A stretch of DNA of 63,975 bases, filler included. It is 8 parts of 8 records of this genome, joined end to end, with 100 filler letters (N's around TTAATTAATTAA, not from the genome) between each part and the next. Parts side by side here need not be neighbours in the genome. Positions count along the whole stretch, not along the records: positions 16,285 to 26,593 come from SRR31147125_28260; positions 26,694 to 35,312 come from SRR31147125_28264; 6 more parts are not named here. One strand, 5' to 3'. The translations under genes were made by a program, and so were the position numbers. Below the pieces are notes generated by a model, which saw only the letters and a list, made by a program, of their open reading frames with translations, had not been told where the DNA came from and did no database searches. Position 1 is the stretch's first letter, and every line of letters begins with the position of its first letter. Below, piece after piece: positions 21,055 through 33,155 of the stretch.

Positions 21055-22434
21055 TTACAAAATGAATTTTTGTAAGTTGAGTTGTTTTATATTCTCACCA
21101 AGATGAGATTTAACGTATTCTTTATCAATCTTAACTTCAACTTCGGTATCTACACCACCAGCATTAAAAGATATATCATCTAAAAGATTTTCCATAATCG
21201 TATGCAATCTTCTAGCTCCTATATTTTCTGTAGTATCATTAACCATAACGGCATATTCAGCAATAGCCTCAATCGCATCATTTTCAAACACAAGGTTTAC
21301 TTTTTCTGTAGAAAGAAGCGCCTTATATTGTGTTATTATTGCGTTTTTAGGCTGAGTCAGTATCTTTTTAAAATCATCTGATGTCAAAGTTTTTAAATCA
21401 ACTTTAATCGGGAATCTACCTTGAAGTTCAGGTATTAAATCTGATATCTTCGAAACATGAAAAGCACCAGCAGCTATAAATAAAATATAATCCGTCTTTA
21501 CGGGTCCATACTTTGTAACAACGGTACTGCCCTCAACAATAGGTAATATATCACGTTGAACGCCTTCACGAGAAACATCAGGACCATGACTTCTTGCTTT
21601 TCCCGCAATTTTATCAATTTCATCCAAAAAGATTATGCCGTCTTGCTCTGCTCTTTCAATGGCTGTAGATGTTACTTCATCCATATCAATAAGTTTATCA
21701 GCTTCCTCTGCCTGCAAAATCTTTCTTGCATCGCCAACAGTTACTTTTCTTTTCTTAGTTTTTTTAGGAAGCATCCCTTCCATTATTTCACCAATATTTA
21801 TATCGCTGCCGATTCCAGCAATCTCAATGCCTATTCCACCAGATTCTTCAACTTCAATCTCAATTATGTTATCTTCTAAAGTTCCAGCTTCAAGAGCATA
21901 AGCAATCTTTTCTTTTCTGCTCATTCTATCTTGCTTTTGTTGTTCTGTTTCATTGACTTCGCCACTAATCTGATTTTGACCCATAAGAGCCATGAGCGGA
22001 TTTGGTTGCGCTTGCTTTTTTGGTCCATTTGTTAATATATCTATAATACGTTTTTTAGCTAATTCTTCGGCTTTTTCTTTAACGCTCTCATATCTATCAT
22101 TTTTAACAATTCTGATAGAAGCTTCAATCAAATCTCTTATCATAGATTCAACATCACGACCAACGTAACCTACTTCTGTAAACTTCGTCGCTTCAACTTT
22201 TACAAATGGCGCATTCATAAGCTTCGATAATCTTCTTGCTATCTCTGTCTTACCTACTCCAGTAGGTCCTACCATGATAATATTTTTAGGAGTAATCTCA
22301 TCTTGCATCTCTTTAGAAAGCAAGCTCCTTCTATATCTATTTCTAAGAGCAATCGCAACAGCTCTTTTAGCATCATCTTGAGAGATAATATATTTATCCA
22401 GTCTATCGACTATTTCTTTTGGTGTTAAATTCAT
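21055..22434 (-). CDS. hslU: ATP-dependent protease ATPase HslU (ClpY)
   Basis: [36 protein letters not shown]. Confidence 0.97.
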   Translation of the reverse strand: MNLTPKEIVDRLDKYIISQDDAKRAVAIALRNRYRRSLLSKEMQDEITPKNIIMVGPTGVGKTEIARRLSKLMNAPFVKVEATKFTEVGYVGRDVESMIRDLIEASIRIVKNDRYESVKEKAEELAKKRIIDILTNGPKKQAQPNPLMALMGQNQISGEVNETEQQKQDRMSRKEKIAYALEAGTLEDNIIEIEVEESGGIGIEIAGIGSDINIGEIMEGMLPKKTKKRKVTVGDARKILQAEEADKLIDMDEVTSTAIERAEQDGIIFLDEIDKIAGKARSHGPDVSREGVQRDILPIVEGSTVVTKYGPVKTDYILFIAAGAFHVSKISDLIPELQGRFPIKVDLKTLTSDDFKKILTQPKNAIITQYKALLSTEKVNLVFENDAIEAIAEYAVMVNDTTENIGARRLHTIMENLLDDISFNAGGVDTEVEVKIDKEYVKSHLGENIKQLNLQKFIL

Positions 22435-22497
22435 ATCCTTGCCATCCTTTTTTCTATCTTGGCTCTAATTTATTTATAATAATTAAAAACTCTTCTC

Positions 22498-23028
22498 TTA
22501 TACTTCTTCTAAAGTAATATGTCCGTTTGTATAAACACAAATATCACCCGCTATTTCAAGTGATTTTCGCGCAATCTCAGGCGCAGATAGTTCTGTGTTT
22601 GCATAAAGAGCCTTAGCTGCACTTCTTGCATATTCTCCACCAGACCCAATAGCCGCAATACCATCATCAGGGTCTATAATCTCACCAGTACCAGATATGA
22701 TAAGAAGTTCGTCTTTATCAGCAGCTATCATCATCGCTTCAAGTTTTCTTAAAATCTTATCACTTCGCCACTCTTGCACAAGCTCTACCGCCGCACGCTT
22801 TAAGCTTCCACTATATTGTTCAAGCTTTTCTTCAAACATGTCAGAAAGAGTAAATGCATCAGCAACTGATCCAGCAAATCCTATAACCACCTTGTCATCA
22901 AAAAGTCTTCTTACCTTTACAGCACTGTGCTTCATAACTGTACGTTCACCAAAAGTAACCTGACCATCACCAGCAACCGCACATTTTCCGTCTCTTTTAA
23001 TTCCGATTATAGTTGTTCCTTTAAACAT
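22498..23028 (-). CDS. hslV: ATP-dependent protease subunit HslV (ClpQ)
   Basis: [28 protein letters not shown]. Confidence 0.97.
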   Translation of the reverse strand: MFKGTTIIGIKRDGKCAVAGDGQVTFGERTVMKHSAVKVRRLFDDKVVIGFAGSVADAFTLSDMFEEKLEQYSGSLKRAAVELVQEWRSDKILRKLEAMMIAADKDELLIISGTGEIIDPDDGIAAIGSGGEYARSAAKALYANTELSAPEIARKSLEIAGDICVYTNGHITLEEV

Positions 23029-24348
23029 TTTCTTCCTCCAACAGAGAAAATTTCTCTTTTATATTATCAATATATTCCAAAGCTCTATTTGATATAGCTA
23101 GATTTCTCTCTCTTTTATTTTTTATTCTTGTATCATTAGGTTTAATTATACCAAAACTAACATTCATTGGTTGAAAACTATTTGTGAACTCACAAGAAAT
23201 ATATTGCGAAAGTGCACCAATTGCACATGTATTATCAAAATCACATATATCTTTTTGCTTAAACTGATAAGCTGAATATATACCAGCTAATAACCCAGAA
23301 GAAGCAGATTCTATATACCCTTCAACACCAGTAATTTGACCAGCAAAAAATATATTTTTATTACTTCTCATTCTATATTTATTATCCAATAACTTAGGTG
23401 AATTTAAAAAGGTATTTCTATGCATAACGCCAAGCCTTATAAATTCTGCCTTTTCAAGACCAGGTATCATGGAAAAAACTCTTTTTGTTCGCCATGCTTT
23501 AAGTTTGTCTGAAACCCAACAAGGTTATACATTGTACCTTCTACGTTTTCTTTTCTAAGTTGAACAACAGCATATGGTTTTTTATCAGACCTTTTGTCTT
23601 TAAGCCCAACAGGTTTTAACGGTCCATATAAGAGTGTTTTAAATCCTCTTTTTGCCATAACTTCAACAGGCAAACATCCTTCAAACACAGATTTTTTTTC
23701 AAATGATTTAAGCTCAACAGTTTCAGCTTCTATAAGTTCGCTATAAAACTTTAAATACTCATCCTCACTCATAGGACAGTTAAGATAATCGTCATCACCC
23801 TTATCGTATCTAGATGCAAAAAAAGCCTTTGTCATATCAACGCTCTCAGCCGAAACTATCGGTGCTGCTGCATCATAAAAACTTAGGTATTCTTGCCCAA
23901 CAATTTCTTCTATTTTTTTAGCTAATGCATCGGAAGTTAAAGGTCCTGTTGCAATGATGGTAATAGTATCTTTCGGAATTTCTACTATTTCTTTATTTAT
24001 CACTTCAATATTTTTGTGTTTGATTACTTTTTCGGTAATATAATTGGAAAATAAATTTCTATCAACGGCCAAAGCACCGCCAGCCGGTACTTTAGTTTCT
24101 TCTGCTGCTTGCATAACCAAAGAATCAAGTGCCCTCATCTCATATTTCAAAAGACCAACAGCATTTTCCTGCCTGTCTGACCTTAAAGAATTACTACATA
24201 CAAGTTCAGCAAAACCATCTATGCTATGAGCATCAGATTTCTTACTTGGTTTCATTTCATAAAGCTTTACTTTAATACCACGGTTAGCAATCTGCCATGC
24301 AGCCTCACATCCTGCAAGCCCAGCACCAACTACATTAATATATTCCAT
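23021..24348 (-). CDS. trmFO: Methylenetetrahydrofolate-tRNA-(uracil-5)-methyltransferase TrmFO, frameshift near 23484
   Basis: [29 protein letters not shown], then GVMHRNTF and [10 protein letters not shown] in the next frame; one A missing in an A-run. Confidence 0.92.
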
Positions 24349-26441
24349 TACGCCTTTTGTTTCTCCACATTCAGGATTAGAGCATTTTTTAATATCATCA
24401 GACTTAGCACGTTTTTTCAGCACCATGTAGCTTTCACATTTGTCACATTTATCATCCAGTGGTAAATCCCAAGAAACAAAATCGCAGTCTGGATAACCTT
24501 CGCATCCATAAAAATCTTTCTTTTCTTCGACTTCTTTTCAACTACTCGTTTACCACATTTAGGGCATTTTGTTCCTGTATATTTCACAAGTGGCTTTGTT
24601 GTCTTACATTCAGGATAATTTGGACAAGCTAAAAATTCTCCAAATCTTCCGTCTTTTATAATCATATTTGCACCACAGTTTTCACAAATCTCATCAGTTT
24701 CTACAACTGGCAGCTCAACTTTTTCGATATCGTTTGCATTACTAAGAGAAACTTCAAACGGCTTATAAAAATCTACTAGCAATTTTTTCCAGTTATTTCC
24801 GCCGTTTTCTACATTATCCAGCTTATCTTCCATATCGGCAGTAAACTCAATATCAATAACCTCTTTAAAGTTATCTATCAAAAGCTTTGTAACAGCTTCA
24901 CCTAAAAATGTCGGCTTAAAGCTTCTGTTTTCTCTTTCAACATATTTTCTCGCAATAATTGTTGATATAATAGGAGAATACGTACTCGGTCTTCCAATAC
25001 CTTTTTCTTCTAAAACCTTAACAAGCGATGCTTCATTGTATCTTGCTGGCGGTTGAGTGAAGTTCTGCTTTGGAGTGATTTTTTTAACTTTGCATAAATC
25101 ATCCTTTTTAAGCTCTGGCAATACATTATCTTTGTTATCGCCATTAATATTGTACACAGCAAGAAAACCCTTAAACACCAACCTTTGTCCATTGGCTTTA
25201 AAATTATATCCATTACAAACTAAATCAACAGAAACCGTATTGTATAACGAAGGTTTCATCTGAGAAGCAACAAACCTATTGTATATAAGCGTATATAGCT
25301 TCAATTGGTCTGCACTCAAACTATCCTTAACCTTATCAGGTGAAAGTTCTAAATGCGTAGGTCTAATAGCTTCATGAGCGTCTTGAGCTGATTTTTTGCT
25401 CTTATATACATTTGGTGTATCTGGTAAATACTCAGCACCAAATCTATTGCTGATCTCTTCTCTCACAGCCACAATTGCTTCTTGCGAAACTCTAGTTGTA
25501 TCAGTTCTTAAATAAGTGATAAGACCTGTTGTTCCGTACCCTTTAACTTCAGCACCTTCATAAAGCTGTTGCGCAATACTCATTGTTCTTGAAGCATAAA
25601 ACCCAAGTTTTTTAGAAGCATCTTGTTGCATTGTTGATGTAGAAAAAGGAGCAACTGGGTTTTTCTTTCTTGTAGATTCTTTAACATTGTTAACAACAAA
25701 ATCTTTATTTTTAATAGCATCCAAAACTTCATCAGCTTGTTCTTTGTTTTCTAGTTCAAGCTTTTTACCGTCTTTACCATAAAAGTTCGCATCAAAAAAC
25801 TCTTTACTATCAGCACTCAAATTTGCTTGTATTGTCCAATATTCTTTAGGGATAAAGTTTCTAATTTCCTCTTCTCTATCACAAATTATCTTAACTGCAA
25901 CAGATTGAACTCTACCAGCAGAAAGTCCAGACTTTACTTTATACCACAATATTGGGCTTATCTTATATCCAACCAGTCTATCCAACAATCTTCTTGCTTG
26001 TTGGGCATTCACTAAATCCATATTGATTTTTCTAGGATTAGAAACAGCAGATTTAACAGCTTTTTTAGTTATCTCATTAAATTCAATTCTACAAACATCA
26101 TTTTCATCAATACCAAGTATATTTGCAATATGCCATGATATCGCTTCACCCTCTCTATCAGGGTCAGTTGCAAGGTAAACAGTCTTTGCTTTATTAGCAT
26201 TAGTCTTAAGTTCTTTAATAAGATCGCCCTTACCTCTAATATTGATATACTCTGGTTCAAAATTATTTTCGATATCAATTCCTATCTTAGATTTTGGTAA
26301 ATCTCTAATATGACCGTTAGATGCCTTTACAAAATAGTTTTTCCCTAAAAACTTTGTAATAGTTTTTGCTTTGGCTGGTGATTCCACAATCACCAACGTT
26401 TTATCTTTATTTATTTTTTTGCTAGCCTGACTCGATGCCAT
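24348..26441 (-). CDS. topA: DNA topoisomerase I, frameshift near 24512; exact 3' end uncertain
   Basis: [43 protein letters not shown]; zinc ribbons continue ([19 protein letters not shown]) in the shifted frame. Confidence 0.93.
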
Positions 26442-26593
26442 TATTTACTTTCCACCTTATATAATTCTTTTTTTAGTCCATATATATTACCAGGACGTTT
26501 TATTATTATCTTTTTCATCTCAAGCAAAGTTAAACTTGTTAAGATATTACTATGATCCATCTTTAATTTTGTTGTAAGTTCATCAATAGATAA
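26441..26593 (-). CDS. dprA: DprA C-terminal winged-helix fragment (5' truncated)
   Basis: LSIDEL..LTLLEMKKII..PGNIY; conserved dprA-topA synteny; TAA overlaps the topA ATG. Confidence 0.75.
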   Translation of the reverse strand, partial: LSIDELTTKLKMDHSNILTSLTLLEMKKIIIKRPGNIYGLKKELYKVESK

Positions 26594-26693
26594 NNNNNNN
26601 NNNNNNNNNNNNNNNNNNNNNNNNNNNNNNNNNNNNNTTAATTAATTAANNNNNNNNNNNNNNNNNNNNNNNNNNNNNNNNNNNNNNNNNNNN
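26594..26693. other. Artificial contig spacer
   Basis: N44-TTAATTAATTAA-N44. Confidence 0.99.
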
Positions 26694-27708
26694 TTTTTCT
26701 TTTCATATCACCGGAACGTGTTTTTGAGCGCTGTTGCCTCTTTTCTCGTGTAGGCGATTTTTCTGTAGCGCCCCCATCTTCAGCGCTATTGTCATCATCT
26801 GAAATAAAATGTTTTTCTAAAATTGCGACAATTTCCTGAACAATATGAAACTGCTTGTTCATATTGACTATTGGGTATGATTTGTCCCGGAGCAGATAGG
26901 TATTGGAAAGATCCTCAAGGCAGGGAGATGTCGATGTGTACTCAACCCCTTCGCAGGTGGTCACAACGCCGGAAATCCTGACAATGGCGCTGGCAAATTG
27001 AGTCAGAGCGCTGATTTCCCGAAATTCCGTTTCCGATGCTTCAGGTGTTTTCCAATATTCCACAGCCGCGCATACTTTATCGGGGATGTTCCATGCCGCT
27101 AGGATATGACGCGCGACATGGGCATCGGTGGTGTTGAAAACTTTCAGCTCCACCTCTTCCAATGGACGTCCGCTTTTTCTGCTCATCTCAAGGCAGCGGT
27201 TGAAATTTTCAGGATCGTAAACGGCGAGGATCAATCTGCCGATGCCGTGCAGCAGTCCTGCTATGTAGAGTTCACCCGGAAGGCTTTCCACCATCAGCCT
27301 GGGATCTCCCAGGCGTCTGTTGGCAATGGCACATGCCCAGGATTCCTCCCAGAAGGCTTTATCGGAAAATCCCGTCATTTTCGGAAAAGTCGGCAGCGTA
27401 TTCTTGAACAGATAGAGGTAAAGGGAGTGGATGGTGTCGGCAAGTCCGATGCGCATGATGGCCGTCCGAAGGCCGGTGACCTCCGCCGTGGTACGATAAT
27501 AAGGGGAGTTGGCAAGATTGATGAGCTGAGCAAAAAGGACAGGATCTTTTTGAATCAGTTTTTCCAGGTCGCCGATATCGATACTGTCCAGCGGTTTGTG
27601 GATCATGGATAACAGCTGCGGGGCAGATGCGGGAAGTGAGGGGATTTTGATGCCGGAATCTAAGATTTCCTGGGCAATGGTGTTGGCGATGATCTTATTG
27701 TAAAGCAT
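26694..27708 (-). CDS. HDOD domain protein (3' truncated)
   Basis: IPSLP, KDPVL..LANSPYY, AIMRIG, YIAGLLHGIG, WNIP. Confidence 0.88.
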
Positions 27709-27748
27709 TAGGCGTTAACCTTTGGAGTCTCTGATTCGATCTCTTTTT

Positions 27749-28834
27749 TTAATCGTGTGATGAGTGGCAAGCAGGTTGTGCGTATTCGGTTGATGCATGA
27801 GATGCGGGAAGCGCCGAAGAAATGGAGAAAAACTCCATGGCGTTTTTGTAAGTGATGCGTTCTAAAAAAGATTTTGATAGGCACCTATCGGCAATGACTT
27901 TCAGCTCTCTATCCCAGGCATAGGGAATGTTTGGAAAGTCAGAGCCATACAGGATTCGATCCTGTCGGAAGGTCGTAAAATCAGGCAGGTCATCCATCGG
28001 TAGATAGTCGGTAATGGCCACGGCAGTGTCTACCCACAAGTTGTCGTATTGTTCAAGCAGGATACGATAGCGCTCAAATTCATCCATTCCCAGGTGAGGA
28101 ACACAGAGCTTCAGGCCCGGATAATGTTTAACGACTTCTTCAACACGATCGGCACTACATAGTCTATATGGATCGCACGAGTAGGCCGGGCTGTTGGGTT
28201 CCCTTCCGGCATGGATCACCATGGGCTGATTCATTTTTTCACAAAGGCGGTAGATGGGTTTCATCTCCTGGGAGACCATGTCAAAGCATTGGACATGTAC
28301 ATGAAGTTTGATCCCTTTTAGCCCCTTCTCAAAGGCGTTTCGTACAATCTCTTCCGCTCCCCCTTCACCGGGAAATACCGTTGCCATGCCGGTGAGTTTT
28401 CCTTGGAACTGGGCCACTTTTTTTGCCATGTATTCATTGAGCCATTCGGCCATTCCCTCTTTGTGGGCATATTGGAACGCCACCACATGATCAATCCCCC
28501 GACTGAAAAGAAATTCCAGAAGTTCTTTGCTGGAAAGTTTATAGCGAATGGGCCAACCATATTTTTCAAACCACTCCCAGACGGCGTTGAAGATCATAGC
28601 CGGAAAAATGTGTACATGGGCATCAATGACTCGCCCCAAAGTGCTGGGTGGACTGCCTCCCTCCGGATCGTTCAGTCCGGGAAGCGGGGTTTTTACAGAA
28701 AGATACCCTTGGGTGGCGTGTTTGTTTTCCATGATTTTTCCTCCAGAGTGCTTCTCGTTTTTCTCCATGTTTTTTAACAGCTGCTCGATTGACCAACTTG
28801 AGTTCGGCCTATCATTTTTAAAGTGTTCTGACAA
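27749..28834 (-). CDS. Amidohydrolase family 2 protein (start uncertain)
   Basis: IDAHVH, GIKLH, IHAG, PHLG, ILYGSDFP. Confidence 0.88.
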   Translation of the reverse strand: MSEHFKNDRPNSSWSIEQLLKNMEKNEKHSGGKIMENKHATQGYLSVKTPLPGLNDPEGGSPPSTLGRVIDAHVHIFPAMIFNAVWEWFEKYGWPIRYKLSSKELLEFLFSRGIDHVVAFQYAHKEGMAEWLNEYMAKKVAQFQGKLTGMATVFPGEGGAEEIVRNAFEKGLKGIKLHVHVQCFDMVSQEMKPIYRLCEKMNQPMVIHAGREPNSPAYSCDPYRLCSADRVEEVVKHYPGLKLCVPHLGMDEFERYRILLEQYDNLWVDTAVAITDYLPMDDLPDFTTFRQDRILYGSDFPNIPYAWDRELKVIADRCLSKSFLERITYKNAMEFFSISSALPASHASTEYAQPACHSSHD

Positions 28835-28961
28835 TGTTTATGCGATGTTCATTGAGCGGGGTGCGTTGCAGCATCTGAATCTTTGATAATCAGGTGTTGT
28901 GGAACCATCGGGCATTGGCCGTATTTTAGGGGTAAGTTTAAAATTACCACTATGACACAAT

Positions 28962-28977
28962 TGTCTGTAAACAGACA
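28962..28977. promoter_or_regulatory. Palindromic putative operator
   Basis: TGTCTGT-AA-ACAGACA perfect inverted repeat in a divergent intergenic region. Confidence 0.4.
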
Positions 28978-29316
28978 GTTGAAGTCGAGGAATATTGATC
29001 ATCTGATCGGTTACATGGGCGTACGCGAAGTTTGAAACGCTTCACTCAACAGGTCCGCTAAGTGCCGCTTGACAATCCCCGGTCATTTAATGATATACTC
29101 TCCCCCAATTTTAACAATTGGATTGAAATATTGAATATTTGTCTTGTTTAATACCGTTACCGTAAAGGATAAAGCGGTATTGGGTACATTAGTTGAAACG
29201 GTGTTGAATTGTTGTGGGTTTTTAATAACGACCACTGCAACTTGATTTATCGTACAAACCATGGAAATCTCAGTAGGTAAAAAAAAGCTGCTGTTTTATA
29301 AAAAATGGAGAAATGA

Positions 29317-29958
29317 ATGGAAAATTCCGGCTCCGGTACACAACCTATGGGTATTATTGAAAGCATCGCCGATGCCGTTCGGAAGACCAATGAGCGTCTG
29401 GATCATGTGGAGTCTAAATTGGATCGCATTTGGGAGATTGTGAGTAGTCTTCCCGGACAGAACAATGAGGTTCCTGCGGCTCGCGCGAATCATCAGTTGG
29501 GACTTTTTGATGAAGCATATGAAGATCAAGAGAACGGCACGCCAAAATATGAGGCGCCGGAAGCCCTGAGGTTTGAGCCGGATGGTGATGCTGCTGATGA
29601 GGATGAGAGGGAGGCCCTTTTTGAAGCGCCGACACCCTCCTATTCAGCCATCGAATTTGAGGACGATTTTTCCGAAGAAGCATCCGACCATGAAAACAAT
29701 TTGGAAGAGAACCCGGATGAAGATATCTTTGACATGACGCCGGATGATGACGATGATATGATGGAAGCCCCCCACTGGCAGGATAAACCCGCTTATAAAG
29801 AGTATACGGCTGCATTGATTTCGGAAATGAGAGATGCGGGTATGCCGTTGAAAGTCATTGCAGATGAGCTTACGGAGATGGGACTTAAAACCCGAACCGG
29901 TAAGAATAAATGGAGTTTTGGCAGTGTTGCCAGTATTTTGAAGCAGATACAAGATTGA
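29317..29958 (+). CDS. Hypothetical acidic protein with C-terminal recombinase-type HTH
   Basis: N-terminal coiled coil, D/E-rich middle, C-terminal GMPLKVIADELTEMGLKTRTGKNKWSFGSVASIL. Confidence 0.65.
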   Translation: MENSGSGTQPMGIIESIADAVRKTNERLDHVESKLDRIWEIVSSLPGQNNEVPAARANHQLGLFDEAYEDQENGTPKYEAPEALRFEPDGDAADEDEREALFEAPTPSYSAIEFEDDFSEEASDHENNLEENPDEDIFDMTPDDDDDMMEAPHWQDKPAYKEYTAALISEMRDAGMPLKVIADELTEMGLKTRTGKNKWSFGSVASILKQIQD

Positions 29959-29968
29959 CGGACGTCTC

Positions 29969-30685
29969 TCACGGACGGTGCCAGTCGGTCAGATCTTTTT
30001 TGGGTGTGGCGGTCAAAATTGCGAAATTGGAAACGATTTGTTGTTTTACATTTCGCAAATGTGTCGTCACTTCCCTTTCCAGACCGGAGGCATCCTTGCT
30101 TTGAAGTGTCGATAAGATATTGAAATGTTCCTGCTGGGAGCTGTCCATGATACCCAGCAGAATCAGATTTTTGCTGTACTTCAAGAGAACCAGGTCGAAT
30201 AATTCCCTCAATATTTTAATCTGGATTCCGCATCCGGAGATAGACGCCAAGGTGAGGTGAAACCGCATGTCGGTCATGAGGCGTCCATAATAATCCTCAC
30301 CCTCTACCGCTGTTTCGTATGCATCCATGCAGTCCTGTATTTGTTTAATATCCCTGTTGGTACACTTTTCAACAGTGGCGCTGGCCAGGGAGCCCTCCAG
30401 AAGCGTTCTTGTGTCGTAAATCTCGGTAATTTCCTGAAGACTCACTTCATTGATGTAATACCCCTTATTGGGCTCATGCCTTACGATTCCCTTCAATTCA
30501 AACCATTTGAGGGCTTGAATGACGGGTGTCATGCTGACGCCCAATCGATCGGCCATATCTTTATATTTGATTTTCTGACCAGGTAAGATCTCGTTGAAAT
30601 AGAGCAGTCGGCTGATTCCGTTATATGCCTTTTCAACCAGGTCGCCACTCCCATTTGGTTTTTGTCCTTTTTTTACTACCGTCAT
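29969..30685 (-). CDS. GntR family (FCD) transcriptional regulator
   Basis: PGQKI..LGVSMTPV..PNKGYY wHTH, FH and EH residues of the FCD domain. Confidence 0.9.
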   Translation of the reverse strand: MTVVKKGQKPNGSGDLVEKAYNGISRLLYFNEILPGQKIKYKDMADRLGVSMTPVIQALKWFELKGIVRHEPNKGYYINEVSLQEITEIYDTRTLLEGSLASATVEKCTNRDIKQIQDCMDAYETAVEGEDYYGRLMTDMRFHLTLASISGCGIQIKILRELFDLVLLKYSKNLILLGIMDSSQQEHFNILSTLQSKDASGLEREVTTHLRNVKQQIVSNFAILTATPKKDLTDWHRP

Positions 30686-30780
30686 CTCGTCTTGATCTCC
30701 TTATCCCCTTTAATTATTCATTTCCTGAAAAAGCTGCAAGTGAAATATATAAATTATTAAATAGTTTTTTACTAATGAAT

Positions 30781-30810
30781 ATTATTTTATTAAAAAATTA
30801 ATAAAATAAT
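30781..30810. promoter_or_regulatory. Putative operator (13-bp inverted repeat)
   Basis: ATTATTTTATTAA-AAAA-TTAATAAAATAAT just before a TTGACA, between the GntR gene and the divergent operon; AT-rich so it could be chance. Confidence 0.45.
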
Positions 30811-31168
30811 TATTGACATCTTGGTAATTATTATATTAAAAAATAACCAAAATGTATTTTGATCGTTGGTACTCACTGTTCTCTTCACTGCTTTCTTACA
30901 TCGCTTGCTTCACACGCCAAGGGGTAACTCCATTTCATGCAGCTAAGATATGGCCGTTCGACTTCTACAAAAATAAAAAAGGGCATACAATAATGGATGA
31001 GTGAATTTGAAATGAATCTGAAAATAGTCATTCAATTTGCATGGCGTGTGAATCAACTGTCGTAAAAAAGCGCATGGGAGGTTGGCTGAATCGATTTTAC
31101 ATTCAGGTTGAGAAAAAATAAGAAATGAATTGTCTGAAGCAGCAAAGGAATTAAAAAGGGGATTGAAA

Positions 31169-32923
31169 ATGAAAGGTGCCCGAATTTTAGTTGAGATGTT
31201 GAAAGCATATCAGGTGGAGTACATATTCGGTGTTCCGGGAGACACCAGTGTCTCTCTTTATGAGGCGTTGTATGATGAAAAAAGTGAGATCACCCACGTG
31301 ATGGCGCGGGATGAGCGATCGGCCACGTTTATGGCCGATGCCTATGCACGTCTCAGTCACAAACCCGGCGTCAGTGAATGCCCCAGTGGTGCCGGACCGC
31401 TCTATGCCATTCCCGGGGTGGCTGAGGCCCATGCCTCATCCATTCCCCTAATTTTAATTACATCGGATATTCCCCTTTCCGGAGAGGGTAAGCAGACCAT
31501 CACCGAGCTCGATTGTCAGTCGCTCTATCAATCTGTGACCAAGTGGTCGACAGTGATTAAAAGTGTGAATAAAATTCCGGAATCCATCCGAAGAGCCTTC
31601 AGAATTGCCACGACAGGACGACCTGGTGCCGTGCATCTGGCAGTGCCCCACGAGAGTTTGAATGGTACTGTTGAAGGATTGGAAGCCATGGACACGTTCG
31701 CTTCAGATGCGGACGAAAAATCCAGCTCACTTGCTGGTATGCTTTATGGTGAGGATGAATGCTGCAGCTATCCGGCATATCGTACCCGTGGCGCAAGAAA
31801 AGAGCTGGAGAAGTTGACTGATCTCATCGTGGACGCTGAAAAGCTTCTCATCGTCGCCGGAGGCGGTGCCAATCACTCCCAAGCCGGGGAGGCTGTGGGG
31901 GCTGTGGCCGAGTGGCTCAGGGCTCCGGTGGTAACCACCATTTCCGGACAGGGTATCCTCTCCGATGACCACCCCCTGGCCCTCGGGGTCATTGGCGACA
32001 ATGGATTTCATCCCCATGCCCATCAAGCCGTGGCAGAGGCCGACACCCTTCTTTACATCGGTTGCAAAATGGGGTCGGTCTCCACCATCAGTTGGCAACT
32101 GCCTGCGGTGGATTCCGGAAAACGGATTCTTCAGATCGATCTCAATCCCGAGATCATGGGAAACAATTACCAAAACAGTCTCAGCATTGCCGGGGATGCC
32201 CGATTGATACTGGAAGACCTGATGGTGTTGGTGCGGGGACGAATCAATCAGCGGCAGGACTCAAGCTGGATGACTCGGCTCAACAAGGCACGATCGGCAT
32301 TCTGGCAGGAAGAGGCCGCCATGCTGACCAGTACCGATACCCCCCTGAAGCCCCATCGAATTGTGGATGAACTAAACAAATACCTGACATCTGAAAGTGT
32401 GGTAATCTCCGATGCAGGTACCCCCACCCCCTATGTCACCCGATTCCTGCGCATGGGAGGCAACGGCTCCCGATTTCTCATTCCCAGATCCTACGGCGGG
32501 CTCGGCTATGCCATCCCCGCAATGGTGGGGGCCCACTATGCCCGTCCCAACGCCAAACTGGTGGGCCTGTTCGGAGACGGAAGTCTCGGCATGTCCGCCG
32601 GAGAGTTGGAAACCCTTGCCCGTCTCAATATTCCCTGTGTACTGCTTCATTTCAACAACAGCACGTTTGGATGGATCAAGGCGTTGCAAAAAATTCATAA
32701 CAACGAAAAATATCACTCCGTGGACTTTACCCCCGGCGATCCGGTAATGGTGGCCGAAGGGTTCGGCATTCCCGGGTTTCGGGTAGAGACTGCTTCGGAT
32801 TTGGAATCAGCCATGCAGAAGGCCTTTAAAGCTTCCGGCCCTGTGTTTCTGGATCTCATTAGTGAACCTGAAACAGATCGATTGCCACCGGTCTATTCAT
32901 GGTTGCAACATGTAGAAAAGTGA
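31169..32923 (+). CDS. Thiamine diphosphate-dependent enzyme, acetolactate synthase large subunit-like
   Basis: IFGVPG, RDERSA.FMADAYAR, GRPGAV, GLGYAIPA..GA, GDGS..NN ThDP motif. Confidence 0.9.
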   Translation: MKGARILVEMLKAYQVEYIFGVPGDTSVSLYEALYDEKSEITHVMARDERSATFMADAYARLSHKPGVSECPSGAGPLYAIPGVAEAHASSIPLILITSDIPLSGEGKQTITELDCQSLYQSVTKWSTVIKSVNKIPESIRRAFRIATTGRPGAVHLAVPHESLNGTVEGLEAMDTFASDADEKSSSLAGMLYGEDECCSYPAYRTRGARKELEKLTDLIVDAEKLLIVAGGGANHSQAGEAVGAVAEWLRAPVVTTISGQGILSDDHPLALGVIGDNGFHPHAHQAVAEADTLLYIGCKMGSVSTISWQLPAVDSGKRILQIDLNPEIMGNNYQNSLSIAGDARLILEDLMVLVRGRINQRQDSSWMTRLNKARSAFWQEEAAMLTSTDTPLKPHRIVDELNKYLTSESVVISDAGTPTPYVTRFLRMGGNGSRFLIPRSYGGLGYAIPAMVGAHYARPNAKLVGLFGDGSLGMSAGELETLARLNIPCVLLHFNNSTFGWIKALQKIHNNEKYHSVDFTPGDPVMVAEGFGIPGFRVETASDLESAMQKAFKASGPVFLDLISEPETDRLPPVYSWLQHVEK

Positions 32924-33155
32924 CGTATGGAAGTAAGCTAAACTTCTTATTAAGTGCAGGGAGAGATGGGTAGGACGATTCCTATGACTGCAAAATGCCG
33001 TATGGTTTAAGTCAACCATTCATACCTCGGTTTTGATCGTTTCCCATGTCGGGATCAAATTTTGAATGGTGATGCAGATCATTTTGTCTCCCTTTTTGTG
33101 TTGCTGCGGCAGATGGACTGCCGCGGTTATAACTTCTATTTAAGGAGGAAACATC

